A stretch of 64,000 nucleotides of DNA. It comes from an uncultured Gemmatimonadaceae bacterium (GTDB taxonomy: Bacteria; Gemmatimonadota; Gemmatimonadetes; Gemmatimonadales; Gemmatimonadaceae). The notes under the pieces were generated by a model. It saw nothing but the letters and a program-made list of their open reading frames with translations. It was not told the origin of the DNA and searched no databases. Location of the stretch: NCBI GenBank assembly GCA_963822945.1, contig CAWGJO010000020.1:832001-896000 (forward strand), written 5' to 3'. Position 1 is the first letter of the stretch. Each line of letters starts with the position of its first letter. The position numbers and the translations under genes were made by a program. Positions 1-10,323 of the stretch are shown in pieces.

Positions 1-2904
1 TTCGAGCGAAATGTTGTGGAGTTGACCGGCCCCGAAGCTCTGACGCACCGAGAGGTTCACCAGGTTGGTCCACGGCGTGGTGCAGCTGTTGCGGGCCATC
101 ATGTGTCCACGCTGGCTCTTCAGGCACGGGTTGTCGTTGATGAACTTGTTGAACGCCTGCGCCTGCTGGGCTGCCGTCACCGTCTGGCCGTTGAACGTGG
201 CGTCGGCGAACATCATCTGGTTGGGGTCCGTGGCGTCGGTGGGCACGTAGATCGGATCGTTGTAGGAGAATCCGTCACCGTTGATGTCGCTGCCCACGAC
301 GTAGTCGATGGGGCTGCCCGAACCGCCCTGGTAGATCATGCTGACTGCCGTACGGCTGGGGAAGCTGTAGGTGCCGGTGGCCACGATCTTGTGCTTCTGC
401 TCGAACAACGAGCGAGTGGCGGTGAGATCCGACTGGTTCCCGGCCCAGTCACGGCCATAGCGATACTGCGAATACGCGGTGCTGCTCGACAGGCTCTGCA
501 CGTCACGGACGTGCGAGAAGGTGTAGAACACCGAGCCCTCGAAGTTGCGGTAGAATCGCCGCTGGACTCCCGCCGTGAGGTTGTAGGCGTAGTCGTGCGA
601 CTGGTTGGAGACGTCGAGCACCTGGTTGCGGTCAGCGTGCTTGAGCACCGGCGAGTAGGGCTGGAGGCCGTAGAGCACGCGTCCGAATTTGTTGGTTCCC
701 TGCGGGCCGGCCAGGGCGATGTTCTGATAGAACGGGTTGTTGATGCCGCGGGTGTACATCGCCTCGAGGGTTCCGACCCAATGGTCGGCCAGCTCGCGGT
801 CGTAACCGAGCGTCAGCCGTGCGTTCTGGGGGAACTTGAGATTCTTGTTCAACAGATCGATCTCACCGCCGGCCTGGGCCGTGACGCCGTTGGCGCACTG
901 CTGAGGCGGGGTGGACACGGCGGCCGAGGTGAAGGCCGGTGCCGCCGCGCCGTTGCAGGTGAGCACGCCGACGCCGATGCTGCCGGAATTCTGGAAGGCA
1001 TTGCTGAGCCAGACGTACGCCGGGCGGCCCGTGAACAGGCCGGCGCCGCCGCGAAGCTGGTTCTTCTGGTCACCCGTGACGTCCCAGTTGAAGCCGATGC
1101 GCGGGGACCACTGGATGTTGCCCGACGGCACCTCCGTGTTGTTCCGGCCGAACTCGGTGAGGATCGACTGGTTGAGGGGCGGCTTGCTGAAGAACACGGG
1201 CACGTCCATCCGGAGGCCGTAGGTCAGGGAGAGTCGGTTGGACGCGGTCCATTCGTCCTCGACGTAGGCGGCATAGTTGCCCGCGCGGAAGCGGACGGCG
1301 CCGTCGCCGGACAGTGGAACGCCGACCACGTACTGCCGGGGAATGCCCTGGTTCAGCGAGTCGAGCGTGCCGAAGGTCCAGACACCGTAAGAGGCCTGGG
1401 TGAAGAGATTGCGGACTTTGTACCACTGGCCCTGCGCGCCGAAGGTGATGCGGTGGGCGTTGAACGGAATGGTGTAGTTGTCGGTGAGCTCGATGAGATC
1501 CTGGTCGAGCTGGTTGCCCTGCGAGTATCGCTCGGCGCCATCGACGATGGGGTACCCGCCGTCGTATACCGTGACCTGGGGCGCCACCACGCCGGGGGCG
1601 CGGCGATCGCGGATGGTCTCATAGTTGACGAACAGTTCGTTGAACGAGCCGTTGTCGAACAGCGTCCGGAGCTGGGCCACGGTGGCGTTCTTGGACGACT
1701 TAAACTGGTAGCCGTTGTTGTCGAGCTTGAAGCTGGAGGACGAGCGGCTGAAGATGTCATCCTGCGCCTTGCCGTAGTTGTGGCGGAGGACGAGCTGCGA
1801 GTTGCCGGGCAGATTGAAGTCGAGCCGGGCGAAGATGTTGGTGAGCGGGTTTGCGTTGTTGACGATGCCGCCCGACCCGGTGGGCATGCCGTAAGCGCCG
1901 AGCGCCGAGTTCACGGCTGCGATGCTGGCCGCCGTGGGAGCCGGCGCGCTGCCGCCGACGTAGGGCCCTTCGGCCGGGGTCGTGCGGTGCTGCACCTCGG
2001 CGTCGATGAAGAAGAGCGCCTTGTCTTTCACGATCGGGCCGCCGAGGGTGACCCCGTACTGCGACTGATCATACTTCGTGATGTAATCCTGGCTGCGCGC
2101 CAGCGACTGATTGCGGGTCTGCCCAAACAGCGAGCCGTGCCATTCATTGGTGCCGCTCTTGGTGACGGCATTGACGAGGAGGCCGGAGAAGTTGCCCTGG
2201 CGGACATCGTAGGGCGACAGGAGCACCTGGTACTCCTTGACCGCGCCGAGTCCGATCGACTTGCCGTTGGCCTGACCGCCGGGCTGACCGGTGGAGCCGA
2301 GACCGAAGAGATCCGCCTCGGTGGAGCCATCGATCTGGATGTTGTTGTAGCGGTTGTTGGTGCCGCCGCCGGAGAGGCCGGGGCCAGTGGTGGAGACCTG
2401 CGGGGTGAGCACCACGAAGTCGGTGAAGTTCCGGTTCAGCGTGGGCAACCGGTTGAGCGCCGAGTCGGAGATGGTGGTCATGGCGCCGGTATGCGAGGGC
2501 GACATGACGGGATCCTGGTTAGCGACGACGCTCACAGCCTGGAGTTGGGTCGCCTGCGTCTCCAGTTGAAAATCGACGCGGGTTACCTGGCTGAGAACGA
2601 CGACGATATGATCGCGCGTCTGCGGCTGGAAGCCGAGGCGCCGGACGGTCACCGAATAGTTGCTGCCGACCTCGAGGCCGGGCACGGTGTAGCGGCCGTC
2701 GCTCTTGGAGGTCACCTGGCTGGAGAAGCCGGTGGTCCGGTTGGTGACCCGGACCTGCACGCCCTCGAGCGGCTGATGCTGATCTCCGGTAATCGCGCCG
2801 GAAATGGCACCGGTAGTCACACCCTGCGCGGCCACCGTGCTCGGCGCCGCGAGCGCGAACGCAACTGCGATGAGACCGCTGAGTGTCCAACGGGGGATTC
2901 TCAT
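1..2904 (-). CDS. Oar-like TonB-dependent receptor with N-terminal carboxypeptidase-regulatory-like domain (3' end runs off the window)
   Basis: Manual minus-strand translation from ATG 2904: MRIPRWTLSGLIAVAFALAAPSTVAAQGVTTGAISG...LPTLNRNFTDFVVLTPQV...NNIQIDG...YDVRQGNFSGLLVNAVTKSGTN. AGGA upstream. Missing from the ORF track because there is no stop in the window. Confidence 0.9.
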   Translation of the reverse strand, partial: MRIPRWTLSGLIAVAFALAAPSTVAAQGVTTGAISGAITGDQHQPLEGVQVRVTNRTTGFSSQVTSKSDGRYTVPGLEVGSNYSVTVRRLGFQPQTRDHIVVVLSQVTRVDFQLETQATQLQAVSVVANQDPVMSPSHTGAMTTISDSALNRLPTLNRNFTDFVVLTPQVSTTGPGLSGGGTNNRYNNIQIDGSTEADLFGLGSTGQPGGQANGKSIGLGAVKEYQVLLSPYDVRQGNFSGLLVNAVTKSGTNEWHGSLFGQTRNQSLARSQDYITKYDQSQYGVTLGGPIVKDKALFFIDAEVQHRTTPAEGPYVGGSAPAPTAASIAAVNSALGAYGMPTGSGGIVNNANPLTNIFARLDFNLPGNSQLVLRHNYGKAQDDIFSRSSSSFKLDNNGYQFKSSKNATVAQLRTLFDNGSFNELFVNYETIRDRRAPGVVAPQVTVYDGGYPIVDGAERYSQGNQLDQDLIELTDNYTIPFNAHRITFGAQGQWYKVRNLFTQASYGVWTFGTLDSLNQGIPRQYVVGVPLSGDGAVRFRAGNYAAYVEDEWTASNRLSLTYGLRMDVPVFFSKPPLNQSILTEFGRNNTEVPSGNIQWSPRIGFNWDVTGDQKNQLRGGAGLFTGRPAYVWLSNAFQNSGSIGVGVLTCNGAAAPAFTSAAVSTPPQQCANGVTAQAGGEIDLLNKNLKFPQNARLTLGYDRELADHWVGTLEAMYTRGINNPFYQNIALAGPQGTNKFGRVLYGLQPYSPVLKHADRNQVLDVSNQSHDYAYNLTAGVQRRFYRNFEGSVFYTFSHVRDVQSLSSSTAYSQYRYGRDWAGNQSDLTATRSLFEQKHKIVATGTYSFPSRTAVSMIYQGGSGSPIDYVVGSDINGDGFSYNDPIYVPTDATDPNQMMFADATFNGQTVTAAQQAQAFNKFINDNPCLKSQRGHMMARNSCTTPWTNLVNLSVRQSFGAGQLHNISLE

Positions 2905-3106
2905 GAGAGGTTCCTGTAAGTGAGGTTCAAGGCTGCCTCGGGATTCCACTCCACATGCGTACCAAACAATTGGTCCCATAATTTACGGAATGGCCATAGG
3001 GATGGCGAGCGAAGAGCGGGAGGCCATGTAACAGCCAGGCATCAATGGGAAATCGATGGTCGGGTTGAACTCAAAGGGAGGCAGCGATTAGACTTGTAGG
3101 CTTCCT

Positions 3107-3179
<73 letters not shown>

Positions 3180-3225
3180 CTGAGCGAATTCGAGGCTGCC
3201 CAAGCCCACCCTACCCTCGAATGAC

Positions 3226-3250
3226 GGCCCCGGATCACTGATTCGGGGCC
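3226..3250 (+). terminator. Hairpin downstream of tRNA-Phe
   Basis: GGCCCCGGATC-ACT-GATTCGGGGCC inverted repeat; weak U-tract. Confidence 0.45.
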
Positions 3251-3346
3251 TCGCTGTTGGGGTGGCTTCCCAAACGGATGAGTCGCGAAAGCATTGGCGC
3301 GGCGGGCCGGATCGGGATATACGTTGGGCCTCGCCCACCCCGCCTG

Positions 3347-3979
3347 GTGTCCGTGCGCTCACACCCCTTCCGACCGCAGAGCAACCTGGACCTGACCGCC
3401 CGGCACGCGGAGCAGGTCGCCGTCGGGCGCGTTCGGGAAGGAGACGCGCTGGCGCTGGAGCTCATCTTCCAGGTGTTCGGCGACGAGATGCTCGCACTGG
3501 CCGAACGCATCAGTGGTTCGCGCGCGGTGGGCGAGGAAGTGGTGCAGGACGTCTTTCTCGCCATCTGGCAGGCCCGATCCAGTTGGGAGGTAAGGAGTTC
3601 CCTGCGAGGTTATCTGCGACGCGCCGTGCAGAATACCGCCGTCCGCGCTCGATCGTCGCGAACGCGCGGCGGCGCCGTGGAGGCGCGGCTGCCCGACGGA
3701 ATCGAGGGGCGCGAGGGCGTGCTGTCGGATCCCCGGCCGACGCCCGCCGACCAGGCAGCCTTCGATGAGTTGGCCAGCGCCGCCGAACGGGCCGCAGCGG
3801 CGCTGACCCCGCGGGCGCGCGACGTATTCCTCATGCGGCGGGACGAGGAGTTGTCCAATCGGGAGATCGCGGACCGGCTGGGGGTGTCCGTGAAGACGGT
3901 CGAGACGCACATGCGCCGGGCGCTGCAGTTCATGCGCCGCCGCCTCGCGCGCTGGCTCGACGACGAGGGGTCCCGGTAG
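3347..3979 (+). CDS. ECF sigma-70 factor (FecI-like); start uncertain
   Basis: Region 2 EEVVQDVFLAIW, region 4 LSNREIADRLGVSVKTVETHMRRAL; directly upstream of a FecR gene. Confidence 0.92.
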   Translation: MSVRSHPFRPQSNLDLTARHAEQVAVGRVREGDALALELIFQVFGDEMLALAERISGSRAVGEEVVQDVFLAIWQARSSWEVRSSLRGYLRRAVQNTAVRARSSRTRGGAVEARLPDGIEGREGVLSDPRPTPADQAAFDELASAAERAAAALTPRARDVFLMRRDEELSNREIADRLGVSVKTVETHMRRALQFMRRRLARWLDDEGSR

Positions 3980-4008
3980 GCCTGGTCGGGCCGAGCCGAA
4001 AATCGCGT

Positions 4009-4034
4009 TCAGGGTACCGCGGGGTTCGATGTCT
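4009..4034 (+). promoter_or_regulatory. Possible ECF-dependent promoter for fecR-TBDR
   Basis: TCAGGG-N16-GTCT just upstream of the fecR ATG; resemblance to ECF promoter layout only. Confidence 0.25.
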
Positions 4035-4044
4035 CTAAAGAGGC

Positions 4045-5232
4045 ATGACGGACGACCGCCGGAAGCCCACCCCGCCCTCCCCCCCGCCACTTGCCGGATT
4101 CCCCCTGTACCAGGGGATGGAATCGTCGGTGCTTCGCCGCTACGTCCTGGGCCTGAGTCCCGAAGACGAGCGCCGGCGCGTAACGGCGTGGGCCGCGGAG
4201 AGGGCTGAACGCCGCCGGTATCTGGATGCCATGCGCGAACTACGCGCGCGGGTGCCGGAGCAAGGCGCCGAAGACCGGGCTGCGGCGTGGGCACGCATCG
4301 CGGCGCGCCTCGAGCGCCCGGCGGGACATGACAGCGTGCCGTATTCGGCGCCGTGGGACGCTGCGGCGGTTCGGGTGCGCGTGAACCGGGGCAGCCGACC
4401 GCGGATCCTGGTCGGCGCGTTCGCGCCCCGGTCGAGCCGGTGGGCGATCCCGCTGGCTGTGTGTGCCGCGCTGCTCATCGCCGCGACCGGGCTCCGGATG
4501 ATGAACCTTGCCGGCCAGCCGGAACCGGCCGATGCGGTCACGACGATGCGCCGGGTGGCGACGACGCGCGGGCAGCGCGCCGAGATCCGACTGGACGACG
4601 GCACTCAGGTAACCCTGGGGGTCGAAAGCCGGCTGGAGTTTCCGTCGGACTTCGGTACACGGGCGCGCGACGTGTACCTCAACGGCACGGCCGACTTCCA
4701 CGTGGTCCACGACACGACGAAGCCGTTCACGGTGCACACGACGAACGCCGTGACCCGGGATGTGGGGACGCGCTTCGTCGTTCGAGCGTATCCCACGGAC
4801 GGCAGCACGGAGGTGGTGGTGTCGGAGGGATCGGTAGCGCTGGGAACGCCCGGCGCAGCGGGCGGCCACGATGCCGTGCTCACGAAGGACCAGTTGGGGC
4901 TGCTCGCGGCGGGCGCGTCGACAGTGGCGGTGCGGCACGTGGATCCATCGACCTACACCGCCTGGATGGAGGGACGACTCGTGTTCCACGATGCGCCGCT
5001 CTCGGCGGTGGTGGTCGAGTTGGGCCGCTGGTATGCGACGCCGGTGAGGCTGGGCGACGCCTCGCTGGCCACGATGCCGTTCAGCGCATCGTTCGGAGCG
5101 GAGTCGTTGCGCGAAGCCGTGTCGACGCTCACGACGGTATTGCCGTTGCGAGCGGTGAGACGGGGAAACGTGGTGGTGCTGTATCGGAGAACGGGGGTGC
5201 AACCGCCAGGCGACGAGGCCGTGAAGCGGTGA
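4045..5232 (+). CDS. FecR-family anti-sigma factor
   Basis: Single TM then TTRGQRAEIRLDDGTQVTL, RDVYLNGTADFHV, DVGTRFVVRAY, AWMEGRLVFHDAPL. Confidence 0.93.
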   Translation: MTDDRRKPTPPSPPPLAGFPLYQGMESSVLRRYVLGLSPEDERRRVTAWAAERAERRRYLDAMRELRARVPEQGAEDRAAAWARIAARLERPAGHDSVPYSAPWDAAAVRVRVNRGSRPRILVGAFAPRSSRWAIPLAVCAALLIAATGLRMMNLAGQPEPADAVTTMRRVATTRGQRAEIRLDDGTQVTLGVESRLEFPSDFGTRARDVYLNGTADFHVVHDTTKPFTVHTTNAVTRDVGTRFVVRAYPTDGSTEVVVSEGSVALGTPGAAGGHDAVLTKDQLGLLAAGASTVAVRHVDPSTYTAWMEGRLVFHDAPLSAVVVELGRWYATPVRLGDASLATMPFSASFGAESLREAVSTLTTVLPLRAVRRGNVVVLYRRTGVQPPGDEAVKR

Positions 5233-5272
5233 AGTGGCGAGAGGGTGAACGGGCATTCGAAAGGAGCTAGCC

Positions 5273-8200
5273 ATGCGTCACTGGATGAGAGCACTGGTAG
5301 GGCTGGCGGCACTGGTCGGGAGCACGCAGGCGGTGCTCGCCGAATCGCCGCAAAACCCCGGGGGGCCGTCGGCCGACCTCCAGGCGAGTATCCCGCGGTT
5401 TCTGACGACCACGGCCTCGGCACGCGTGCCGGTGGATATCGCGCACACGCCGATCCTGAATCGGCGCATCGCGCTGCACCTGCGGAACGTGACGCTGGCC
5501 CAGGCGCTGGAGACGATCGGCGATTCGACGGGGCTTCGGTTCGCGTACAGCCGCCTGGAAGTGCCCGTGGACCGGCGCGTGCGGCTCGACGCGGAGGACA
5601 TCACGACCGCGGCGGCGCTCACGGAGGTGCTGCTGGGCACGTCGGTGGACGTGGTGTTCACCGACCGGGGCCAGGCGATGCTGGTGAAACGTCCGCCGCC
5701 GGCTCCGGTGCCGCATGTGGCATCGGGCACGATTCGCGGCACGGTCACCGACTCGTCCACCAACGAGCCACTGCAGGGCGCCTCGATATCCTTGACGGGC
5801 ACACGCTACGGCGCGCTGGCGGGTTCGGACGGTCACTACTCGTTCACGGCGCCGCCGGGACGGTACCAGATCCGGGCGCGGTTGCTGGGCCATGTGGCGC
5901 GGATGGACAGCATCACGGTGGTGGACGGCCAGACGACCGTGCAGGACTTCTCGCTGCCGCGGGCCATCGGCACGCTGAACGCGGTGGTGGTCACGGGCAC
6001 CCGCGAGCCGAATCGGACCGCAGTGGACGCCCCGGCGCCGGTGGATGTGTTCACGGCGCAGGAGATCCGGCAGAGCGGAAGGACGGAAACCTCTCAGATC
6101 ATCGAGATGCTGGCGCCGTCGTTCAACTTCCCGCGGCCGTCGGTCACCGACGGTACCGACCACATCCGGCCGGCCACGCTCCGTGGCCTGAACTCCGACC
6201 AACTGCTGGTGCTGATCAACGGCAAGCGCCGGCACAACAGCTCGCTGGTGAACATCAACGGCAGCGTGGGGCGCGGCTCGATGGCGGTGGACCTGAACGC
6301 GATTCCGCCGTCGGCCATCGACCACATCGAAATCCTGCGCGACGGCGCGGCGGCCCAGTACGGCTCCGACGCGATCGCGGGCGTGATCAACATCATTCTG
6401 AAGTCCGACGCGCCGGGTGAGCTGTCGGTGCAGACCGGAAAGACGAACGCCGGCGACGGACAGACCGTGGTGACCGACGGGAGCTACAGTTGGGCGCTGC
6501 CGCGCGGCGGGTATCTGAACCTGAGCGGCGAGATGCGGAACCGGGACAGCACCAACCGGACCGGGCCCGACACGCGGACGCAGTACTTCGCGGGCGACCC
6601 GCGCAACAACATCGCCGTGTTGAACAATCGCATCGACAGCTGGGTGGGCGATCCGAAGATGAACGGGGGCGCCGGGTTCTACAATCTCGACATCCCGATG
6701 AACAACGACGTGCACTTCTATTCGTTCGGCGGGGTGAGCTACTCGCGCGGTCTGGCGGCCGGCTTCTTCCGGCGGGCGCTCGACAACCGGACGCTGCGGG
6801 CCTACTACCCGAACGGATTCCTGCCGCTGATCGGCAGCCACATCTGGGACTACTCCGGCGCGGCCGGGTTCAAGGGCACGCTGAGCAACTGGAACTGGGA
6901 TCTGGGCAGCGTGTTCGGCCGGAACACGTTCCGGTACGACGTGGACCACAGCGTCAACGTCTCGATGGGCACGAACAGCCCGACCACGTTCAACGCGGGC
7001 ACGATGGAGTTCGACCAGTGGACGACGACGCTCGACGTGCAGCGCTCGTTCAACATCGGCTGGGCGCAGCCGTTGAGCGTGGCCTGGGGCGGTGAAGCCC
7101 GGCGTGACCACTACGGCATCAGCGCAGGCGATCAGGCCTCGTGGATCAACGGCGGCGTCCCGGTGCTGGACGGACCGAACGCGGGCGCCGCGGCGGCCGC
7201 GGGCGCGCAGGTGTTTCCCGGATTCCGGCCGAGTGACGCGCAGAACGTGGCGCGCACGAACGTGGCCGGCTACGTGGACCTGGCAAGCAACCCGGTGAAG
7301 CAGCTGATGCTCGACGTCGCGGGCCGCGCCGAGCACTACTCCGATTTCGGCAGCACGGCCACGGGCAAGCTGGCGGTGCGGTGGGAGCCGATCACGCACT
7401 ATGCCCTGCGCGGCTCGGTGAGCAATGGATTCCGGGCGCCGTCACTGGGTCAGGAAGACTTCTCGACGACGTCGACGAACTTCATCGCCGTGAACGGCGT
7501 GGCGACGCCGTTCGACATCCGGACGTTCCCGGTGACGAGCCCCGAAGCGCAGGCGCTCGGCGCCAAGCCGCTGCGTCCCGAACTGTCCACCAACCTGGGG
7601 CTGGGCATCGCGATGCAGCCCACGCCGAACATCTCGTTCACCACGGACTACTACAAGATCGACATCCGGCACCGGATCGTGCTCTCCGGGAACTTCATCG
7701 GAACGGCGATCCAGCAGCTGCTCACCAATGCCGGGTACCCGGGCGTGCAGGGCGGCCGGTTCTTCACCAACGCCATCAACACGCGCACTGAAGGCGTGGA
7801 CGTGGTGCTGCAGGCCGGCAAGGACCTCGGGTACCGGGGCATGCTGCGGTTCACGGGCGGCTACAACCACAACTACACGCACGTGACGCACATCGACGCA
7901 ACACCGCCGCAGCTCGCGGCGTTCCAGGCGCAACTGTTCGACCGGACCCAGAAGGGACTCACCGAAGTCGCCCAGCCGCACGACAATCTGCGGCTGAACG
8001 CCGACTGGCAGTGGAAGAAGCTGGGCGTGAACCTGGGCGAGTCGTGGTACGGCTCGGTCACGAGCATCGCGTCCACGGCGTCGAACGATCAGACGTACAG
8101 CGCCAAGTGGATCACCGATCTGTCGGCCTCGTATCGTCTCTCGGAGCTGCTGTCGGTGACGGGCGGTGCGGACAACCTGTTCAACGTCTATCCGGACCGC

Positions 8201-8305
8201 ACGATTGCGGCCAACTCGAACGGAGGCATCTTCCTGTACAGCGGACTGTCGCCATTCGGGTACGACGGCGCGTTCTATTACCTCAGATTCTCGGTGGGCA
8301 TGTGA
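5273..8305 (+). CDS. TonB-dependent receptor/transducer with N-terminal STN signalling domain
   Basis: Signal peptide, STN-like segment (LRNVTLAQALETIGDSTGLRFAY), VVVTGTR, plug LRGLNSDQLLVLINGKRRH, IEILRDGAAAQYGSDAIAGVINIILK, beta-barrel C-terminus. Confidence 0.95.
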   Translation: MRHWMRALVGLAALVGSTQAVLAESPQNPGGPSADLQASIPRFLTTTASARVPVDIAHTPILNRRIALHLRNVTLAQALETIGDSTGLRFAYSRLEVPVDRRVRLDAEDITTAAALTEVLLGTSVDVVFTDRGQAMLVKRPPPAPVPHVASGTIRGTVTDSSTNEPLQGASISLTGTRYGALAGSDGHYSFTAPPGRYQIRARLLGHVARMDSITVVDGQTTVQDFSLPRAIGTLNAVVVTGTREPNRTAVDAPAPVDVFTAQEIRQSGRTETSQIIEMLAPSFNFPRPSVTDGTDHIRPATLRGLNSDQLLVLINGKRRHNSSLVNINGSVGRGSMAVDLNAIPPSAIDHIEILRDGAAAQYGSDAIAGVINIILKSDAPGELSVQTGKTNAGDGQTVVTDGSYSWALPRGGYLNLSGEMRNRDSTNRTGPDTRTQYFAGDPRNNIAVLNNRIDSWVGDPKMNGGAGFYNLDIPMNNDVHFYSFGGVSYSRGLAAGFFRRALDNRTLRAYYPNGFLPLIGSHIWDYSGAAGFKGTLSNWNWDLGSVFGRNTFRYDVDHSVNVSMGTNSPTTFNAGTMEFDQWTTTLDVQRSFNIGWAQPLSVAWGGEARRDHYGISAGDQASWINGGVPVLDGPNAGAAAAAGAQVFPGFRPSDAQNVARTNVAGYVDLASNPVKQLMLDVAGRAEHYSDFGSTATGKLAVRWEPITHYALRGSVSNGFRAPSLGQEDFSTTSTNFIAVNGVATPFDIRTFPVTSPEAQALGAKPLRPELSTNLGLGIAMQPTPNISFTTDYYKIDIRHRIVLSGNFIGTAIQQLLTNAGYPGVQGGRFFTNAINTRTEGVDVVLQAGKDLGYRGMLRFTGGYNHNYTHVTHIDATPPQLAAFQAQLFDRTQKGLTEVAQPHDNLRLNADWQWKKLGVNLGESWYGSVTSIASTASNDQTYSAKWITDLSASYRLSELLSVTGGADNLFNVYPDRTIAANSNGGIFLYSGLSPFGYDGAFYYLRFSVGM

Positions 8306-10023
8306 AGCGGACTCTTCTGGCAGTAGTGCTGGGCGCAGCCGCCGCGAGCGGCTGCGCCAAGGGGACCCCGGCGGCTACCCGGCCGGCGGGGTTCCCCGCG
8401 GATTGGACGGTGGGCCTGCACCGGCAGGCGACGAAGGCACCACACGCCATGATCGCCAGCAACAGCGATCTGGCGAGTCAGGCAGGGGTGGAGATCCTGC
8501 AGAAGGGCGGGAACGCCGTGGATGCGGCGGTCGCCACGGGGTTCGCGATGGCGGTGACGTATCCGCAGGCGGGCAACATCGGCGGCGGCGGATTCATGGT
8601 GATCCACATGGCCGACGGCCGCAACGCGGCAATGGACTACCGGGAAGTGGCGCCGCTGGCGGCCACGCGGAACATGTACCTGGACGCGCACGGCAAGCTC
8701 ACCGACAAGAGCCGGGTGGGCGCACTGTCCGTGGGCGTGCCCGGCGCGGTGGCGGGCATGGCCGCGGCGCTGAGCAGTACGGCACGATGTCGCTGCACGA
8801 CGTCATGCAGCCGGCCATCCGGCTGGCCCAGGACGGATTCACGGTGGACAGCGCGCTCGCGCGGGCGATCGCCGCGGGGGCCAAGCTGATCGGCCCATAC
8901 GAAGGGGCGTCCGGTGTTCCTGCCCGGGGGGCAGCCGGTGGCTGCGGGCACGCTGCTGAAACAGCCGCAGTTGGCGCGCACGCTGACGGCGATTGCGGAC
9001 AAGGGCCCCGACGCCTTCTACAAGGGATGGATTGCCGACAGCCTGGTGGCCGAGATGCACCGCGACCACGGCATCATCACCAAGGCCGACCTGGCCAAGT
9101 ACACGCCGGTGTGGCGCGATCCGATCAAGGGCACCTATCGGGGCGACACGATCTATTCGATGCCGCCGTCGTCGAGTGGGGGCGTCATCGAAGTCGAGAT
9201 CCTCAACATTCTCGAGACCTTCCCGACCCTGCCGGCGTTCGGCAGCACGATGTACGACCACGACGTGGCCGAGGCCTTCCGGCGGGCGTTCATCGACCGC
9301 AACACCGAGCTGGGCGATCCGGCGTTCGTGAAGAACCCGGTGGACCGGCTGACGAGCAAGGCGTACGCCCGCACGCTGCGCGACTCGATCCTGCCCGACA
9401 AGGCATCCAAGACGCCGACGTTTGCGCAGGTGGCGCACGAGGGGATGAACACCACGCACTACTCGGTGGTGGACTCGGCGGGCAACGCGGTATCCGACGA
9501 CGACGACGCTGAACAGCCTGTTCGGTTCGGGCAACTACGTGGGCGGCGCCGGGTTCTTTCTGAACAACGAGATGGACGATTTCGCGTCCGATCCGGGCAT
9601 CCCAATCAGTTCGGGTTGGTGCAGGGTGAGGCGAACGCCATCGCGCCGGGCAAGCGGATGCTGAGCGCGATGACACCGACGATCGTGGTGGACAGCACGG
9701 GCAAGGTGCTGCTGGTGGTGGGGGCGGCCGGCGGGCCGACGATCATCACCGCCACCACGCAGGTGATTCTGAACGTGATCGACCACCACATGTCGCTGGC
9801 CGATGCGATGTCGGCGCCGCGCATCCATCAGCAGGCGTGGCCGGACAAGCTGATCTACGAGAAGGGAGGGCTGATCCCGGCGGTGGCCGATTCCCTCACC
9901 GCGATGGGGTACGAGCTGTCGCCGGTGGGACATCTGGCCAACTCCAACGCGGTGATGCGCGTGGCGGGCGGCTGGGAGGGAATGGTGGAGCCGCGGTCGA
10001 CCGGCGGGGCGCGGGGCTACTGA
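8302..10023 (+). CDS. ggt: Gamma-glutamyltransferase, lipoprotein; about 4 frameshifts (~8773, ~8912, ~9495, ~9595)
   Basis: GTG start overlaps the TBDR stop; lipobox AASGC; GGNAVDAAVA, GNIGGGGFM, catalytic TTHYSVVD, LNNEMDDF, PGKRMLSAMTP across frames. Confidence 0.9.
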
Positions 10024-10086
10024 CGCGGTGCGCGCCGGACTGGCACAAACAAGCCGGGCCGGCATCAAGAGGGAGAACTACAATTC

Positions 10087-10262
10087 AACGGACGAGACGG
10101 ACCAGACGGATACTGCAACTGCAACTGCAACTGCAACTGCAACTGCTAAGGGAACTGCAACTGCTAACTGCTAACGGCAACTGCTAACTGCAACTGCAAC
10201 TGCTAACCGCAACTGCTGACTGCTAAGGGCAACTGCAACTGCTAACCGCAACTGCTGACTGC
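10087..10262. repeat. Short tandem repeat array: 3x ACGGA-N4 9-mer, then mixed AACTGC/AACTGCT units
   Basis: Directly visible; includes an exact 34-bp duplication at 10190-10223 and 10229-10262. Confidence 0.95.
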
Positions 10263-10272
10263 AAATACACAG

Positions 10273-10305
10273 GCGGCCAACCGGAAATCAATCCCGGTTG
10301 GCCGC
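10273..10305. terminator. Hairpin between convergent genes
   Basis: GCGGCCAACCGG-N9-CCGGTTGGCCGC perfect 12-bp stem. Confidence 0.7.
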
Positions 10306-10323
10306 TCGTGCTGACTGGTGGTG

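Noticed and set aside
16..2919. 967-aa plus-strand ORF and other long antisense ORFs (e.g. 5267-7399, 12329-15202, 15594-18320, 20284-22683)
   Set aside because: Shadow frames of real genes on the opposite strand in high-GC DNA; no recognisable motifs.
8760..9610. Programmed frameshifting in ggt
   Set aside because: Four shifts without slippery motifs, and similar indels occur throughout the window; error is simpler.
9837..10187. ORF with an LQLQLQ tract
   Set aside because: Read-through of the AACTGC array in an alternative frame.
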